From: an uncultured Actinomycetota bacterium
Lineage (GTDB): Bacteria; Actinomycetota; Acidimicrobiia; Acidimicrobiales; RAAP-2
DNA: 64,000 nt
Assembly: GCA_963709665.1 (NCBI GenBank)
Contig: CAVPWU010000011.1
Location: 243,416 to 307,415, forward strand
Direction of reading: 5' to 3'
Within the stretch, counting starts at the first letter, position 1; every line of letters begins with the position of its first letter. A program made the position numbers and the translations under genes. The notes below the pieces were generated by a model. That model was given only the letters and a program-made list of their open reading frames with translations. It made no database searches and had not been told where the DNA came from. Positions 24,569 through 34,794 of this stretch are shown in pieces.

Positions 24569-25720
24569 ATGCACCTCAGCAACCTCTGGTACCTGATCGT
24601 GGCTCTCTTCTGGGTCGGGTTCTTCATCCTCGAGGGCTTCGACTTCGGGGTGGGCATGCTCCACTCCTTCGTGGGCAGGACCGACCTCGAGCGTCGCATC
24701 GCCGTCAACTCCATCGGACCGTTCTGGGACGGGAACGAGGTGTGGCTCATCGTGGGCGGCGCCGCCATCTTCGCCGCCTTCCCGGGCTGGTACGCCACCA
24801 TGTTCTCCACCTTCTACCTGGCCCTGGTGGTGGTCCTGCTCGCCCTGATCGTCCGCGGGGTCTCCTTCGAGTTCCAGCGCAAGATCGAGGATCCCCGCTG
24901 GCGGGCGACGTGGCGATGGTCCCTGACCATCGGCAGTGCGCTGATCCCGCTGCTGCTGGGGACCGCACTGGGCGACCTGCTCCACGGCCTCCCCATCGAC
25001 AAGGCCCACAACTACACGGGCAGCTTCTTCGGACTGCTGGTCCCCTTCGGGCTGTTCACCGGGGTCACCCTCACCGTGGTCTGCCTGTTCCTCGGCTCCA
25101 CCTACCTGGCCCTCAAGACCACCGGCGAGTTCCACGACCGCATCAGCACGCTGTCGGGACGGATCGGGTGGGTGGCCGCCGTGCTGGTGTGGATCTTCGT
25201 GACCTGGAGCCACCTCGGACTGGGCAAGGGGTTCGTCCCCAACCCCCTGGACGCCGTGGCGGTGATGGCGGCGGTGGCGGCGGCGTGGCTGGCCGTGGTC
25301 AAGCAGGAGGGCTGGGCGTTCACCGCCGCCTGCCTGGCCATCGGCTCGACGGTGGGTTCCATCTTCTTCGACCTGTACCCGCACGTCATGGTGTCCACCA
25401 CCAGCTCGGCCTACAGCCTCACCGTGGCCAACACGGCCAGCCCCCCGTACACCCTCGGGGTGATGACCGTGGTGGCCGTCATCTTCTTCCCCGTCGTCCT
25501 CGCCTATCAGGCCTGGAACTTCTGGGTGTTCCGGAACCGCATCCGGTCGCCGCGCCTCGAGTCCACCGACACCTCCGGCGATGCCGGGCTGGTGATGGCC
25601 GCCGCACCGGCGCAGGCAGGCGCCCCGGCCACCGACGCCGGTGCCCGCCCGACCGGCACGGAGGGCCACGGACCGGCCGATGGTCCCCACAACGAACAGG
25701 AGAAGCGAGAGCATGGCTGA
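24569..25720 (+). CDS. cydB: Cytochrome bd oxidase subunit II.
   Basis: MHLSNLWYLIVALFWVGFFILEGFDFGVGML is a canonical CydB start. The C-terminal tail is long and Ala/Gly-rich. Confidence 0.9.
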   Translation: MHLSNLWYLIVALFWVGFFILEGFDFGVGMLHSFVGRTDLERRIAVNSIGPFWDGNEVWLIVGGAAIFAAFPGWYATMFSTFYLALVVVLLALIVRGVSFEFQRKIEDPRWRATWRWSLTIGSALIPLLLGTALGDLLHGLPIDKAHNYTGSFFGLLVPFGLFTGVTLTVVCLFLGSTYLALKTTGEFHDRISTLSGRIGWVAAVLVWIFVTWSHLGLGKGFVPNPLDAVAVMAAVAAAWLAVVKQEGWAFTAACLAIGSTVGSIFFDLYPHVMVSTTSSAYSLTVANTASPPYTLGVMTVVAVIFFPVVLAYQAWNFWVFRNRIRSPRLESTDTSGDAGLVMAAAPAQAGAPATDAGARPTGTEGHGPADGPHNEQEKREHG

Positions 25721-26288
25721 GGAGTACCGAACCGACGAGAAGCTGACGATCGCCGCCGACGTGCCCGGTCTCCGGGCCGACCAGGACATCGAGATCTCGG
25801 TCACCTCCGGCATCCTCCGGATCCGGGCCGGGCGGGTCGATCGGCCGGTCCCGGAGACCGACCTGCGGGAGGGAGTGTTCTCCCGAGACATCCGACTCCC
25901 CTCGGGCACCGACAGCGCTGGGGTGCGGGCGAGGTACGACGACGGGATCCTCCAGGTCGAGGTGCCCATGCGGTCCACCGGCGGGCCCACCCGGAGGGTG
26001 CCGGTGGCCACGGGTGGCCGGTCCGGGCAGGAGGAGGGTTGGTACGCCGACCCCTACGGGCGCCACGAGCGACGCTGGTTCTCCGAGGGCGCTCCCACCC
26101 AGGTGGTCAGCGACGGTGGGGTCACCTCCAACGATCCTCCACCCTTCCTCCCGTGCCCCACGCCGATCGTGACGGTTCCCGACTCGGGAGGAGCCCTGCC
26201 GGATCGGCCGGACCTGCCGGGGCTGGCGGCCGACGATCCCGGGGTGACCGCGGGTTGGGAGGCCTTCGTGGAGGCCGGCGGCGACTAG
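25714..26288 (+). CDS. Hsp20/alpha-crystallin-like domain protein with a C-terminal DUF2510-like WYADPYG...RWFSEG motif.
   Basis: The alpha-crystallin pattern is TIAADVPGLRADQDIEISV..GILRIRAGR..REGVFSRDIRLP..VRARYDDGILQVEVP. The ATG overlaps the end of cydB (ATGGCTGA). Confidence 0.7.
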
Positions 26289-26436
26289 ACGCTCGGGCAC
26301 CCGGCGGGTGCCCCGACCCGATCCCATCCGGGTCCCGCCTCCGCAGGGGCCACTGATCTGACGGCCAGGCGACCCCTGACGGCCGGGCGACCCGGCCCCC
26401 TCGACGACGGAGGCCGCTGCCCCACCCCACCCGGCG

Positions 26437-28122
26437 TCAGGGCGGTGCCAACGGGGCCACGGAGTCACCGGTGCCGGGGTCAGGGCGGTCCGAGCGGCTC
26501 GGTCGCTCCCGCCGTCGACCGGGCTGTCGATCGGTCCGATGGCCGCGGTCCGGCCCGTCCCGCCGGTCCGGCCCGCCGGGCGCCTCCCGGGTCACCGGGG
26601 CAACGGTGGCCCCCTTCCCGCGATTGGGCAGGAAGCCGGCCACCACCCCGGCGGCGAGCGCCACCACCACGGTGGCGATGACCAGGGCCAGATCCATGCC
26701 CGACACGAAGGACCGGCGTGCCACCAGGGCGAGGGCCGCCCCCTCCCCGGCCGGGGCGCGCTGCGCCACCGCCAGCGCCCCCCCGATCGAGCTCTGGATG
26801 AGGCGCTGCACCTCCTGGGGGATGGCGGCCCGGGAGATCACCGGCGTGAGCAGGTGCTGGTACCGCAGGTCGAGGGCGGTCCCCAGCACCCCCACGCCGA
26901 GGGCGGCGCCGATCTGCATGGCCGTGTCGTTGGTGGCGGAGCCCACCCCCGCCTCCGACCGGGGGAGCGACCCCATCACCGCCTCGGTGCACGGCGCCAG
27001 GGAGAGGGCGACTCCGACACCGACCAGGAGGAGCGGGAGGATGCACCGGCCATAGCTGTCGCCCACCGCCGTGCGCGACAGGATCCCGAGTCCCAGGGCG
27101 ATCAGCAGCATGCCGGGGACCACGACGGCCTTGGTCCCCACGCGTCGGGCGGCGACGACGGAGGTCGGGGCCAGCACCAACAGCGCCAGCGCCACCGGGG
27201 CGATGCGGACGCCGGCCTGCAGGGCACTGAACCCGAGCACGAACTGCAGGTACTGGGTCATCAGGAAGAACATCCCCATCAGCGCGAAGAGGACCAGGGC
27301 CAGCGCCCCGATGGCCGCGCTGTACCGGCGGTCGGCGAAGAACCGCACCGGCAGCATGGGATGGTCGGATCGGTGCTCCCAGAGGACGAAGGCGATGATG
27401 ATCCCACCGGCTCCCACCAGTGCCCCGATGATCTCCGGCGAGCTCCACCCTCGGGAGGGAGCCTCGATGATCCCCCACAGCAACAGGCCGAGCCCGATGA
27501 TGGACAGTCCGGACCCGATCGGATCGGGACGGGAGGCCGACGGGTTGCGGGAGTTCGGCACCAGCCAGATCGCCGCCGCCACCCCCACCACCACGATCGG
27601 CACGTTGACCAGGAACACCGACCCCCACCAGAAGTGGGCCAGCAGGAACCCCCCGAGGATCGGGCCGATGGCCACGCCGATCCCGGTGGATCCGGACCAG
27701 ATGCCGATGGCCTTGGCCCGATCGGCCTCCCCGGTGAACACGTTGGTGAGGATGGACAGCGTCGACGGCATGAGGGCGGCCGCCCCCACGCCCATGACGG
27801 CCCGGGCCAGCGTCAACCGGTCCGGGCTCCCGGACAGGGCGGCTGCCGCCGACCCGCCGCCGAACACCAGGAGCCCGCCCAGAAAGACCCACTTGCGCCC
27901 GAGCCGGTCCCCCAGGGCCCCCATCGACAGCAGGAGACCGGCGAACACCACGGCGTAGGCGTCGACCACCCACTGGAGCTGGCTGGAGCTGGCGTCGAGC
28001 GTCCTCACGATGGTGGGCAGTGCCACGTTCAACACCGTGCTGTCCATGCTGATCAGGAGGAGCGTCACGCACAGGACGGCGAGCGTCCCCCACCGGTGAC
28101 GGGCCGGCGGATCCGGGCTCAC
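26437..28122 (-). CDS. MFS transporter (14-TMS DHA2 / EmrB-QacA type).
   Basis: The N-terminal region is LLISMDSTVLNVALPTIV..., followed by multiple TM segments. The start is taken at GTG 28122, downstream of the adh stop. Confidence 0.85.
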   Translation of the reverse strand: MSPDPPARHRWGTLAVLCVTLLLISMDSTVLNVALPTIVRTLDASSSQLQWVVDAYAVVFAGLLLSMGALGDRLGRKWVFLGGLLVFGGGSAAAALSGSPDRLTLARAVMGVGAAALMPSTLSILTNVFTGEADRAKAIGIWSGSTGIGVAIGPILGGFLLAHFWWGSVFLVNVPIVVVGVAAAIWLVPNSRNPSASRPDPIGSGLSIIGLGLLLWGIIEAPSRGWSSPEIIGALVGAGGIIIAFVLWEHRSDHPMLPVRFFADRRYSAAIGALALVLFALMGMFFLMTQYLQFVLGFSALQAGVRIAPVALALLVLAPTSVVAARRVGTKAVVVPGMLLIALGLGILSRTAVGDSYGRCILPLLLVGVGVALSLAPCTEAVMGSLPRSEAGVGSATNDTAMQIGAALGVGVLGTALDLRYQHLLTPVISRAAIPQEVQRLIQSSIGGALAVAQRAPAGEGAALALVARRSFVSGMDLALVIATVVVALAAGVVAGFLPNRGKGATVAPVTREAPGGPDRRDGPDRGHRTDRQPGRRRERPSRSDRPDPGTGDSVAPLAPP

Positions 28123-28156
28123 CGGGCGAGGCGAGCGGGATCCGTCAGGTGGTGGG

Positions 28157-29170
28157 TCAACGGAAATCGAACACGAGGCGGGCGTCCACGCCGCCCTTCT
28201 CGATCTGCTCGAAGGACTCATTGACCTCACCGAGGGTCCGGGACTCCCGGACCACCCGGGTCCGCCCCTGGGCGTGCAGCTCGAAGGTCTCGGCCAGGTC
28301 CACCCTCGTCCCGACGATGGATCCCGTGACGGTGATCCCCTGCAGCACGGTCTCGAAGATCGGGAGGTGCACGATGTTGTCGGCGGGGAGCCCGACGAGC
28401 ACCAGCGTGCCCCCCCGCCTCAGGCTCCGGTAGGCCTGTTCGACGGCCATGGGCGAGACGGCCAGGACCACGGCCTGGTCGGCGCCGCCCAGGGCCTGGA
28501 TGGCTTCGGCCGGGTCCTCGGCGGCGGCGTTCACCACGTACTCGGCCCCGAGCTCCCGGGCCAGATCCAGCTTGGAATCGATGAGGTCGACGGCGGCCAC
28601 GGAGGCGCCGGCGATCCGGGCGTACTGGACGGCGAGATGGCCGAGGCCACCGATCCCGAACACCGCCACCAGGTCGGAGGAGCGGGCGCCGGACACCTTG
28701 ACCGCCTTGTAGGTGGTGACGCCCGCACAGGTCAGGGGGGCGGCGTCGAGTGGATCGACCCCGGCCGGGACGTGCCCGACGAACGCCGCATCGGCCAGGG
28801 CGAACTCGGCGTAGGCACCGTTCACCGAGTACCCGGAGTTGAGCTGGTTGGGACAGAGGGTCTCCCGGCCGGAGGCGCAGTACTCGCAGGCCCCGCAGGC
28901 GGAGGCGAGCCACGGGATCGCCACCCGGTCGCCGGCCGACACCCGCTGGACCCCGGGCCCGACGTCCTCGACAATTCCGACTCCCTCGTGGCCGGGGATG
29001 AAGGGCGGGGACGGCTTCACCGGCCAGTCCCCGTGGGCGGCGTGGATGTCGGTGTGACAGATGCCGCAGGTCTCCATCCTCACCACGACCTGGCCGTGGC
29101 CGGGAGTCGGCCGGGGGACCTCCTCGATCGTCAACGGTCGGTCGAATGCGTGCACCACGGCTGCCTTCAT
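28157..29170 (-). CDS. Zinc-dependent alcohol dehydrogenase.
   Basis: The sequence is MKAAVVHAF...CGICHTDIHAAHGDWPVKP..PGHEGVG. GFGGLGH-type NAD site is GIGGLGH. Confidence 0.9.
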   Translation of the reverse strand: MKAAVVHAFDRPLTIEEVPRPTPGHGQVVVRMETCGICHTDIHAAHGDWPVKPSPPFIPGHEGVGIVEDVGPGVQRVSAGDRVAIPWLASACGACEYCASGRETLCPNQLNSGYSVNGAYAEFALADAAFVGHVPAGVDPLDAAPLTCAGVTTYKAVKVSGARSSDLVAVFGIGGLGHLAVQYARIAGASVAAVDLIDSKLDLARELGAEYVVNAAAEDPAEAIQALGGADQAVVLAVSPMAVEQAYRSLRRGGTLVLVGLPADNIVHLPIFETVLQGITVTGSIVGTRVDLAETFELHAQGRTRVVRESRTLGEVNESFEQIEKGGVDARLVFDFR

Positions 29171-29266
29171 CACGTCCTCCTCGGTGATCATCGCCTGCCG
29201 ACGGGGGCGGCTGGTCGGGGAACCGCCCGTTGCAGCCAGCGTAAAGAGCCGGTGGTCGATCCCCTA

Positions 29267-29280
29267 GGGCCAAAGGTCCC
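29267..29280 (-). promoter_or_regulatory. DosR-box-like 14-mer.
   Basis: It reads GGGACCTTTGGCCC on the minus strand, a 13/14 match to the 18872 copy. It lies about 75-100 nt upstream of the adh start. Confidence 0.5.
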
Positions 29281-29373
29281 GTAGGCGCACCGGGCAGCCG
29301 ACCCGTCCCGAAGGGGCGGCCGGCCGCCCGGCCCCGTGCGTGGGGGTGGCCACGGCCGGCCCGCCCCACCAGC

Positions 29374-30912
29374 TCAGCGGCGGGCCGTCTCCCAGGCGTG
29401 GTCCACCTGGCGCCACATGGCGTTCCACCGGCGCCGCACCCGCCGTCGGAGGCGGCACTGCTCGGCTGCCATCCTGCCGGCCGAGTAGCCGGCGGCGGCG
29501 GAGCCCTCCTCGGCCTCGTGCCGGAGCCAGGCCTCCGCGGTGACCGTGTCGTGGTAGTCACCCAGGACGACCTGGATGGCCTCCACCTGCCCGGCCGTCC
29601 TCCGGGCGGGCGCACCCAGCACCGGCGTGGCCATCTCCGCCGCGTACCGGAGCTCCTTGGCCCGGATCCGGAGACCGTGCATCTGGAGATCGCTCGGACG
29701 GCGACCGGCCCGCCGGACGCTCCGCTGGAGGGCCCGCTGGCGCTTGCGGATCCCACGCTCCAGGAGCGGGGCGGCCGGCCCGGCGGCCGGGCCGGACGGC
29801 TCGGCCGCACCCTCGGGACCGGTCGGTCCCCGCTCGGCCGCCCGTTCCAGGGCCTCCAGGAGACCGAGATAGCGGGCGTCGGTCAGCACCGACCCCAACG
29901 AACGGCACGCCTCTCGTCGTTCACGGGCCAGGCGCCGGCGCAGCTCGTCCCGCCCTCCGGCGTCGAAGGCCGACCCGTCGGCCTCCGCCTCGAAGACCTT
30001 CCCCAGCACGTCGTCGTCCCGGACGCGCCCGAGCACCGAGCCCAACCACTTGAGCTCGGCCCGGAGGGGACGGACCCACTCCTCCTCCAACCCCGGCGAC
30101 AGCACCTTGAGATCGGAGCGGAGACGCCGGGTGGCCACCCGCGCCCGGTGCACAGCCTCCATCGGTGGATCCTCCCCGTCCAGCCGTATCAGGAGATCCG
30201 CACCGGTCAGACGGTCCAGCGCCTGTCCACACGCCCGCTGCACCACCTGACCGATGGTGGCGGTGCCGGCCAGCTCCACGGTCGTTCGCCAGGGGGGCGT
30301 CGACAGCGCCACCGCCTTGGCCAGCTTCTGGCCGCCGCTGCTCCGTCCCCCCGCCCGCTCGAGCAGCTCGTGCATCTGTCCGACCGCCGCGGTGTACTCC
30401 GCACCCACCTCGAACTCGATCTGGCGGAACCTGGCCCCGTCCCGGTCCCCTCCGGTGACGGTCACCGAGTCGTCGTCGAGCTCTCCCAGGCGGCGGCCGG
30501 CCGGGTCCCGGAGGACGGAGCGGGACCGTACGGCGTGCAGTTCGACGAGTCGACCCACCGGAGACGACCGGGTGATGCCGAGCACCACCCGGGTGACCTC
30601 GGCCGGGACATGGGCCCGGGTCCCGTCCCAGGTGAGCTCGGTACGGTCGAGCGTCGGTCCGTCCCCCGGGACCGGCAGCTTCAGCGTCCACCGGCCGCCT
30701 CCCTCCTCCTCACCGGACCGGTGGCGGAGGGTCAGCCCTGCCGCCCACAGGCGGTGGTCGGCGGTGTCGAAGTACGAGGTGACCAGCCGTTGTTCGGGCA
30801 GGCGCTCCCACCGACCCAGCTGCCCGGGCAGCGGGGGCGGCACGAACCCGAGGTCGACATCGAACTTCAACTCCTGCTCGAGCGACTCCCGGGGGGCACG
30901 GCGAGTGGCCAC
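29374..30912 (-). CDS. CYTH and CHAD domain-containing protein.
   Basis: The N-terminus has EQELKFDV (CYTH ExExK). The central and C-terminal regions have helical CHAD repeats (HRARVATRRLRSDLKVL...). Confidence 0.85.
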   Translation of the reverse strand: MATRRAPRESLEQELKFDVDLGFVPPPLPGQLGRWERLPEQRLVTSYFDTADHRLWAAGLTLRHRSGEEEGGGRWTLKLPVPGDGPTLDRTELTWDGTRAHVPAEVTRVVLGITRSSPVGRLVELHAVRSRSVLRDPAGRRLGELDDDSVTVTGGDRDGARFRQIEFEVGAEYTAAVGQMHELLERAGGRSSGGQKLAKAVALSTPPWRTTVELAGTATIGQVVQRACGQALDRLTGADLLIRLDGEDPPMEAVHRARVATRRLRSDLKVLSPGLEEEWVRPLRAELKWLGSVLGRVRDDDVLGKVFEAEADGSAFDAGGRDELRRRLARERREACRSLGSVLTDARYLGLLEALERAAERGPTGPEGAAEPSGPAAGPAAPLLERGIRKRQRALQRSVRRAGRRPSDLQMHGLRIRAKELRYAAEMATPVLGAPARRTAGQVEAIQVVLGDYHDTVTAEAWLRHEAEEGSAAAGYSAGRMAAEQCRLRRRVRRRWNAMWRQVDHAWETARR

Positions 30913-30918
30913 CGCTGC

Positions 30919-31101
30919 TCAGACGGTGGAGGCGGTGACGAGCCGGGAACGGATCGCCTCGAGGCGCTCCCGGCGAGCCTTCAGGTCCCTCCGGAATCCC
31001 GGGTTGTCGGTATCGGCGATCTCCACGCTCAGGTCGCCGATCACCTCGTCGAGGGTGGTCAGCAACTCGTCACCCAGTGCCACCGGCAGTTCCAGCATCA
31101 T
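30919..31101 (-). CDS. Small acidic hypothetical protein upstream of the CYTH-CHAD gene.
   Basis: MMLELPVALGDELLTTLDEVIGDLSVEIADTDNPGFRRDLKARRERLEAIRSRL. It stops 7 nt before the CYTH-CHAD start. Confidence 0.4.
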   Translation of the reverse strand: MMLELPVALGDELLTTLDEVIGDLSVEIADTDNPGFRRDLKARRERLEAIRSRLVTASTV

Positions 31102-31178
31102 GGACGTACCTCCCTGGTCATCCCGCCCGTCAGTTTCCATCGCCTTTCGATCCTGGCAGGAGCCCACCGGTCCGAACA

Positions 31179-31192
31179 GGGCCGAAGGACCC
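31179..31192 (-). promoter_or_regulatory. DosR-box-like 14-mer.
   Basis: It reads GGGTCCTTCGGCCC on the minus strand (compare GGGTCTTTCGGCCC at 41709). It lies in the divergent intergenic region. Confidence 0.45.
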
Positions 31193-31264
31193 GGGACGGG
31201 TCCGGGCTCCCGATGGTGACCAAGGACCCTGGGCGGGACGGAAGGACGGCGCGATAACGGGAGG

Positions 31265-32104
31265 GTGGAGCCAGGCGGTACCCGTACGGAGCGAGATCCC
31301 CGCTACATCGAGCGGCACCTGGCGGCGATCCGCGCCTACACCTCCTTCTTCTCCCCCGAGGTCCGGGGTACGGAGCACATTCCGGCCGAGGGCCCGGCCC
31401 TGCTGGTGGGGAACCACAACGGCCTCTTCTACATGCCCGACGCCTGGGCCACCGCCCTGGCCATCTACGACCGCCGAGGACCCGACCACCCGGCCTACAC
31501 CCTCACCTACGACCTCCTGTTGACCATGCCGGTGGTCGGGTCCTTCCTCCGACGTATCGGCGCCATCCGGGCCGGATCCGACGAGGCCGAGCAGGCCCTG
31601 GCCTCGGGGGGGCTGGTCCTCGACTACCCGGGCGGCGACTGGGAGGCGAGCCGGCCCTGGGTCGACCGCAACACCATCGATTTCGGGGCACGCACCGGAT
31701 TCGTCCGCCTCGCCCTCCGCACCGGCGTGCCGGTCATCCCCGTGGTGTCGCAGGGCGCCCACGACTCGGTGGTCATCGTCTCCCGCGGGAACCGGATCGC
31801 CAAGCTCGTGGGGCTCGGCGGCCTCCGCATCAACGTCTTCCCCATCCTGTGGGGGCCCTTCGGGCTCACCACCGCCCTGGTGCCGCCGCCCCCGCTCCCG
31901 TCGTCGGTCACCGTGGAGGTGCTGCCGCCGATGGACTGGAGCGGGCTGGGACCCGGGGCGGCGGACGATCCCGAGACCGTGGACCGTTGTGCGACCGAGA
32001 TCCGAGAGGTCATGCAGACCGCACTCGACCGGCTGCACCAGGAGCGTCCGCACCCGGTCCGACGGGGCCTGGTCAACCAGGTGGCCCGGCTCCGGGTCTT
32101 CTGA
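31265..32104 (+). CDS. Lysophospholipid / 1-acyl-glycerol-3-phosphate acyltransferase family protein.
   Basis: The acyltransferase HX4D-type box is GNHNGLFYMPD, with PGGDWE downstream. Confidence 0.8.
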   Translation: MEPGGTRTERDPRYIERHLAAIRAYTSFFSPEVRGTEHIPAEGPALLVGNHNGLFYMPDAWATALAIYDRRGPDHPAYTLTYDLLLTMPVVGSFLRRIGAIRAGSDEAEQALASGGLVLDYPGGDWEASRPWVDRNTIDFGARTGFVRLALRTGVPVIPVVSQGAHDSVVIVSRGNRIAKLVGLGGLRINVFPILWGPFGLTTALVPPPPLPSSVTVEVLPPMDWSGLGPGAADDPETVDRCATEIREVMQTALDRLHQERPHPVRRGLVNQVARLRVF

Positions 32105-32189
32105 GCGGTCGGGAAGGTCGGGACGGCCGGGGCGGTCGGGACGGTCGGGACGGTCGGCGGGGCACCCGGCGCCGCCGGTCCGTGCGGGA

Positions 32190-33887
32190 TCAGGCCCCTT
32201 GGACGTCCCGGCGTCGGAAGGCCGCCACGCCCAGGAGGGCGGCCACCGAGCCGGCCAGCACCATGACGGCGTTGGCGGTCCAGTGGGGAGCGACGGCGGG
32301 AGCCGAGGCCATCTGGTGGAGGACCGACGTGTCCAGCACCCAGTGGTCGGTGGTGCCGATGCCGCCGATGAGCACGACCAGCAGGGACCACCCCAGGTAG
32401 CCGTAGACGACCGCCGAGGTGGCCCTCGGCACCAGGCCGAACGCCAACGTCCCGATGCCCAGGACGACCACGGCCGGCGGGACCACGTTGATGCCGGCGG
32501 CGAGCAGGGTCCCGAGGCCCACCCCCGAGTGCTGGCTGGCAGCCCCGATCCAGGCGAAGAGTCCGGCGACCGCACCGCTCACCACCAGGATGACGACCGC
32601 CAGGAGCAGCCGGCCCCCCATCCACTGCCACCGGGAGACCGGTCGGACGAGCAGGAGATCGACGCGTCCGCTCGACTCCTCGGCCCGGGCGGCGACGAGC
32701 TGGCCGGCCCCGACGAAACCGACCAGGGCGGCCAGGACCACGAAGCAGACGCCGAGGACCGCCTGGGCGCCGGAGCCGGCAGCACCCAGCCGGCTGAACA
32801 CGGTATGGACCGACGACCCGGCGATGGTCGACCCGGCCGACTTGGCGATGAGCCCGTAGAGGAGCCCGGCGGTGGCGAGGGCGACCCACCAGCCGATCAC
32901 CGTGGCCCGGGTCAGCCGGAGGGCCAGACCGGTCGGGCCGACGAGCAGTCGGGAGGGGTGGCGCGGGCGTACCCTGTCGCCCAACATGCCGGTCCCCACA
33001 TCCCGGCGACCGGCCAGGTCGCAGGCGACCAGCGCCAGGACGCCGGTGAGCCCGGCGATGGGCAGCAGCACGGCGGGGTGGGGGTCGGTGAGCGGCCGGA
33101 GCTCCTCGACCCAGCCCAGGGGTGAGGCCCAGATCAGCCCGTGGAGCCCGACGCCGGCATCGGCGATCATCCGGAGCGCGTAGCTGACCCCCAGGACCAC
33201 CGCCGCCAGGGCGGCGGCCTGCCGACGGGTGCCGGCCAGCTGACTGGTCACGGATCCGATGGCCAGGAACATGACGGCGGTCGCCACCAGGGTCACTGCG
33301 AAGAAGGCGGCGGGCCGCACGGCGATGGAGACCGCCGCCTCCCGGCCGATGAGCATGGTGATGCCGGCGGTGAGCGCCCACAGGATGACGGCGCCGGCGC
33401 CCAGTCCCACCAGCGCCTGCCCGGTGGCTCCCCGCCGGGTGGTCTGCCCGGTGAGCAACAGCTCCCACCGCCCCTCGTCCTCCTCCCCCCGGAGGAGCCG
33501 GGTGCTGGTCAACAGGCCCCAGACCGCACCGAGCACCATGAGGGTCATCCCGGACTTGAACACGGTGAACCCGGCGACGGTCTGGAGCTGCGGTCCGGGT
33601 CCGAACAGGGCGGCGGTGGCGTGGTTGGATCCGTAGGTGGCGGCCAGGGCGTGCCGTTGGGCCGGCGTCTTGTAGAGCTTGGTGTAGCTGAGGGCGGACG
33701 ACGCCACCGAGATTCCGAAGATGCATCCCCAGACGACCCCGGAGCGTCCAGCCCGGCGGGCGGTCAGGGAGGTGATCGCCGACCGGGAGGACCGGGAGGA
33801 CCGGGAGGACCCGGTCGACGGGGTCGACGGGGCCGACGGGGCCGTCGGGGTGGCCAGGGCGGCGGGAGCCACCCGGTCAGTGGCCAT
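32190..33887 (-). CDS. ABC transporter permease, multi-TM ABC-2 type.
   Basis: About 565 aa and highly hydrophobic. The start at MATDRV (33887) overlaps the ATPase stop by 11 nt. Confidence 0.75.
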   Translation of the reverse strand: MATDRVAPAALATPTAPSAPSTPSTGSSRSSRSSRSAITSLTARRAGRSGVVWGCIFGISVASSALSYTKLYKTPAQRHALAATYGSNHATAALFGPGPQLQTVAGFTVFKSGMTLMVLGAVWGLLTSTRLLRGEEDEGRWELLLTGQTTRRGATGQALVGLGAGAVILWALTAGITMLIGREAAVSIAVRPAAFFAVTLVATAVMFLAIGSVTSQLAGTRRQAAALAAVVLGVSYALRMIADAGVGLHGLIWASPLGWVEELRPLTDPHPAVLLPIAGLTGVLALVACDLAGRRDVGTGMLGDRVRPRHPSRLLVGPTGLALRLTRATVIGWWVALATAGLLYGLIAKSAGSTIAGSSVHTVFSRLGAAGSGAQAVLGVCFVVLAALVGFVGAGQLVAARAEESSGRVDLLLVRPVSRWQWMGGRLLLAVVILVVSGAVAGLFAWIGAASQHSGVGLGTLLAAGINVVPPAVVVLGIGTLAFGLVPRATSAVVYGYLGWSLLVVLIGGIGTTDHWVLDTSVLHQMASAPAVAPHWTANAVMVLAGSVAALLGVAAFRRRDVQGA

Positions 33888-34794
33888 GGTGGGGATCCGG
33901 GGGTGCCGCGCCCTGTTCGCCGTACTGCGCCAGGAACAGCTCCTCGAGGGACGGCTCCCGGCTGAGGACCTGGGTGACCCCGGTGTCCACCAGGGCCCGG
34001 AGCAGCGGTTCGATCGGGCCACGGACCTGGCAGCGCACCGCCTGGCCCACCCTCACCGCCGTGGTCACCCCCGGGACAGCCGACAGGTCGGGGACCTCGC
34101 CCTCGAAGGTCGCCTCGACGGTGAGGGCACTCAGATGGCGCAGCTCGGCCATCGTCCCGATCTCGACCAGGGTCCCGGCCCGCAGAATGGCCACCCGGTC
34201 GCAGAGGGCCTCGACCTCGCTCATGATGTGCGACGACAGGAACACGGTCTGGCCCCGGTCACGGGCCTCGTGGATGCTCGATCGGAAGGCCTGCTCCATC
34301 AGAGGGTCGAGTCCGCTGGTCGGCTCGTCCAGCACCAGCAGGTCGGGGCGGGCCATCAGGGCGGCGATCAGGATCAGCTTCTGGCGGTTCCCCTTGGAGT
34401 ACGCCCGGACCTTCTTGGCGGGATCGAACTCGAAGCGCCCGGTCAGGACGTCCCGGTAGGCCTCGTCGGTCGTACCCTGCACACGTCCGAGCAGCCTCAG
34501 GGTCTCGGCCCCGGTGAGCGAGGGCCACAGATTGGCCTCGCCGGCCACGTAGGCCAGCCGCCGGTGGGTCTCCCGGGGCCGGCGGCCGCAGTCGAGGCCG
34601 AAGATCTCCGCCCGGCCGGCGCTGGCCCGGGCCAGGCCCAGAAGCAGGCGGATGGTGGTGGTCTTCCCGGCCCCGTTGGGCCCGAGGTAGCCCACCACCT
34701 CCCCGCGCGCCACCTCGAGGTCCAGGTGGTCCAGGGCGACGACGTCCCCGTAGGCCTTGGTGAGCCCCTCGGTACGGATGGCGACGTCGGTCAC
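33877..34794 (-). CDS. ABC transporter ATP-binding protein.
   Basis: Walker A is GPNGAGKTT, the signature is SKGNRQK, and Walker B is LLVLDEPTSGLD. GTG 34794 overlaps the GNAT stop (GTGA). Confidence 0.9.
   Translation of the reverse strand: MTDVAIRTEGLTKAYGDVVALDHLDLEVARGEVVGYLGPNGAGKTTTIRLLLGLARASAGRAEIFGLDCGRRPRETHRRLAYVAGEANLWPSLTGAETLRLLGRVQGTTDEAYRDVLTGRFEFDPAKKVRAYSKGNRQKLILIAALMARPDLLVLDEPTSGLDPLMEQAFRSSIHEARDRGQTVFLSSHIMSEVEALCDRVAILRAGTLVEIGTMAELRHLSALTVEATFEGEVPDLSAVPGVTTAVRVGQAVRCQVRGPIEPLLRALVDTGVTQVLSREPSLEELFLAQYGEQGAAPPDPHHGH

Noticed and set aside
31216-31229. An eighth box, GTGACCAAGGACCC, upstream of the acyltransferase gene.
   Set aside because: It matches the local consensus at about 11 of 14 positions, and the central TTN is replaced by AAG. 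It is too weak to list as a feature.
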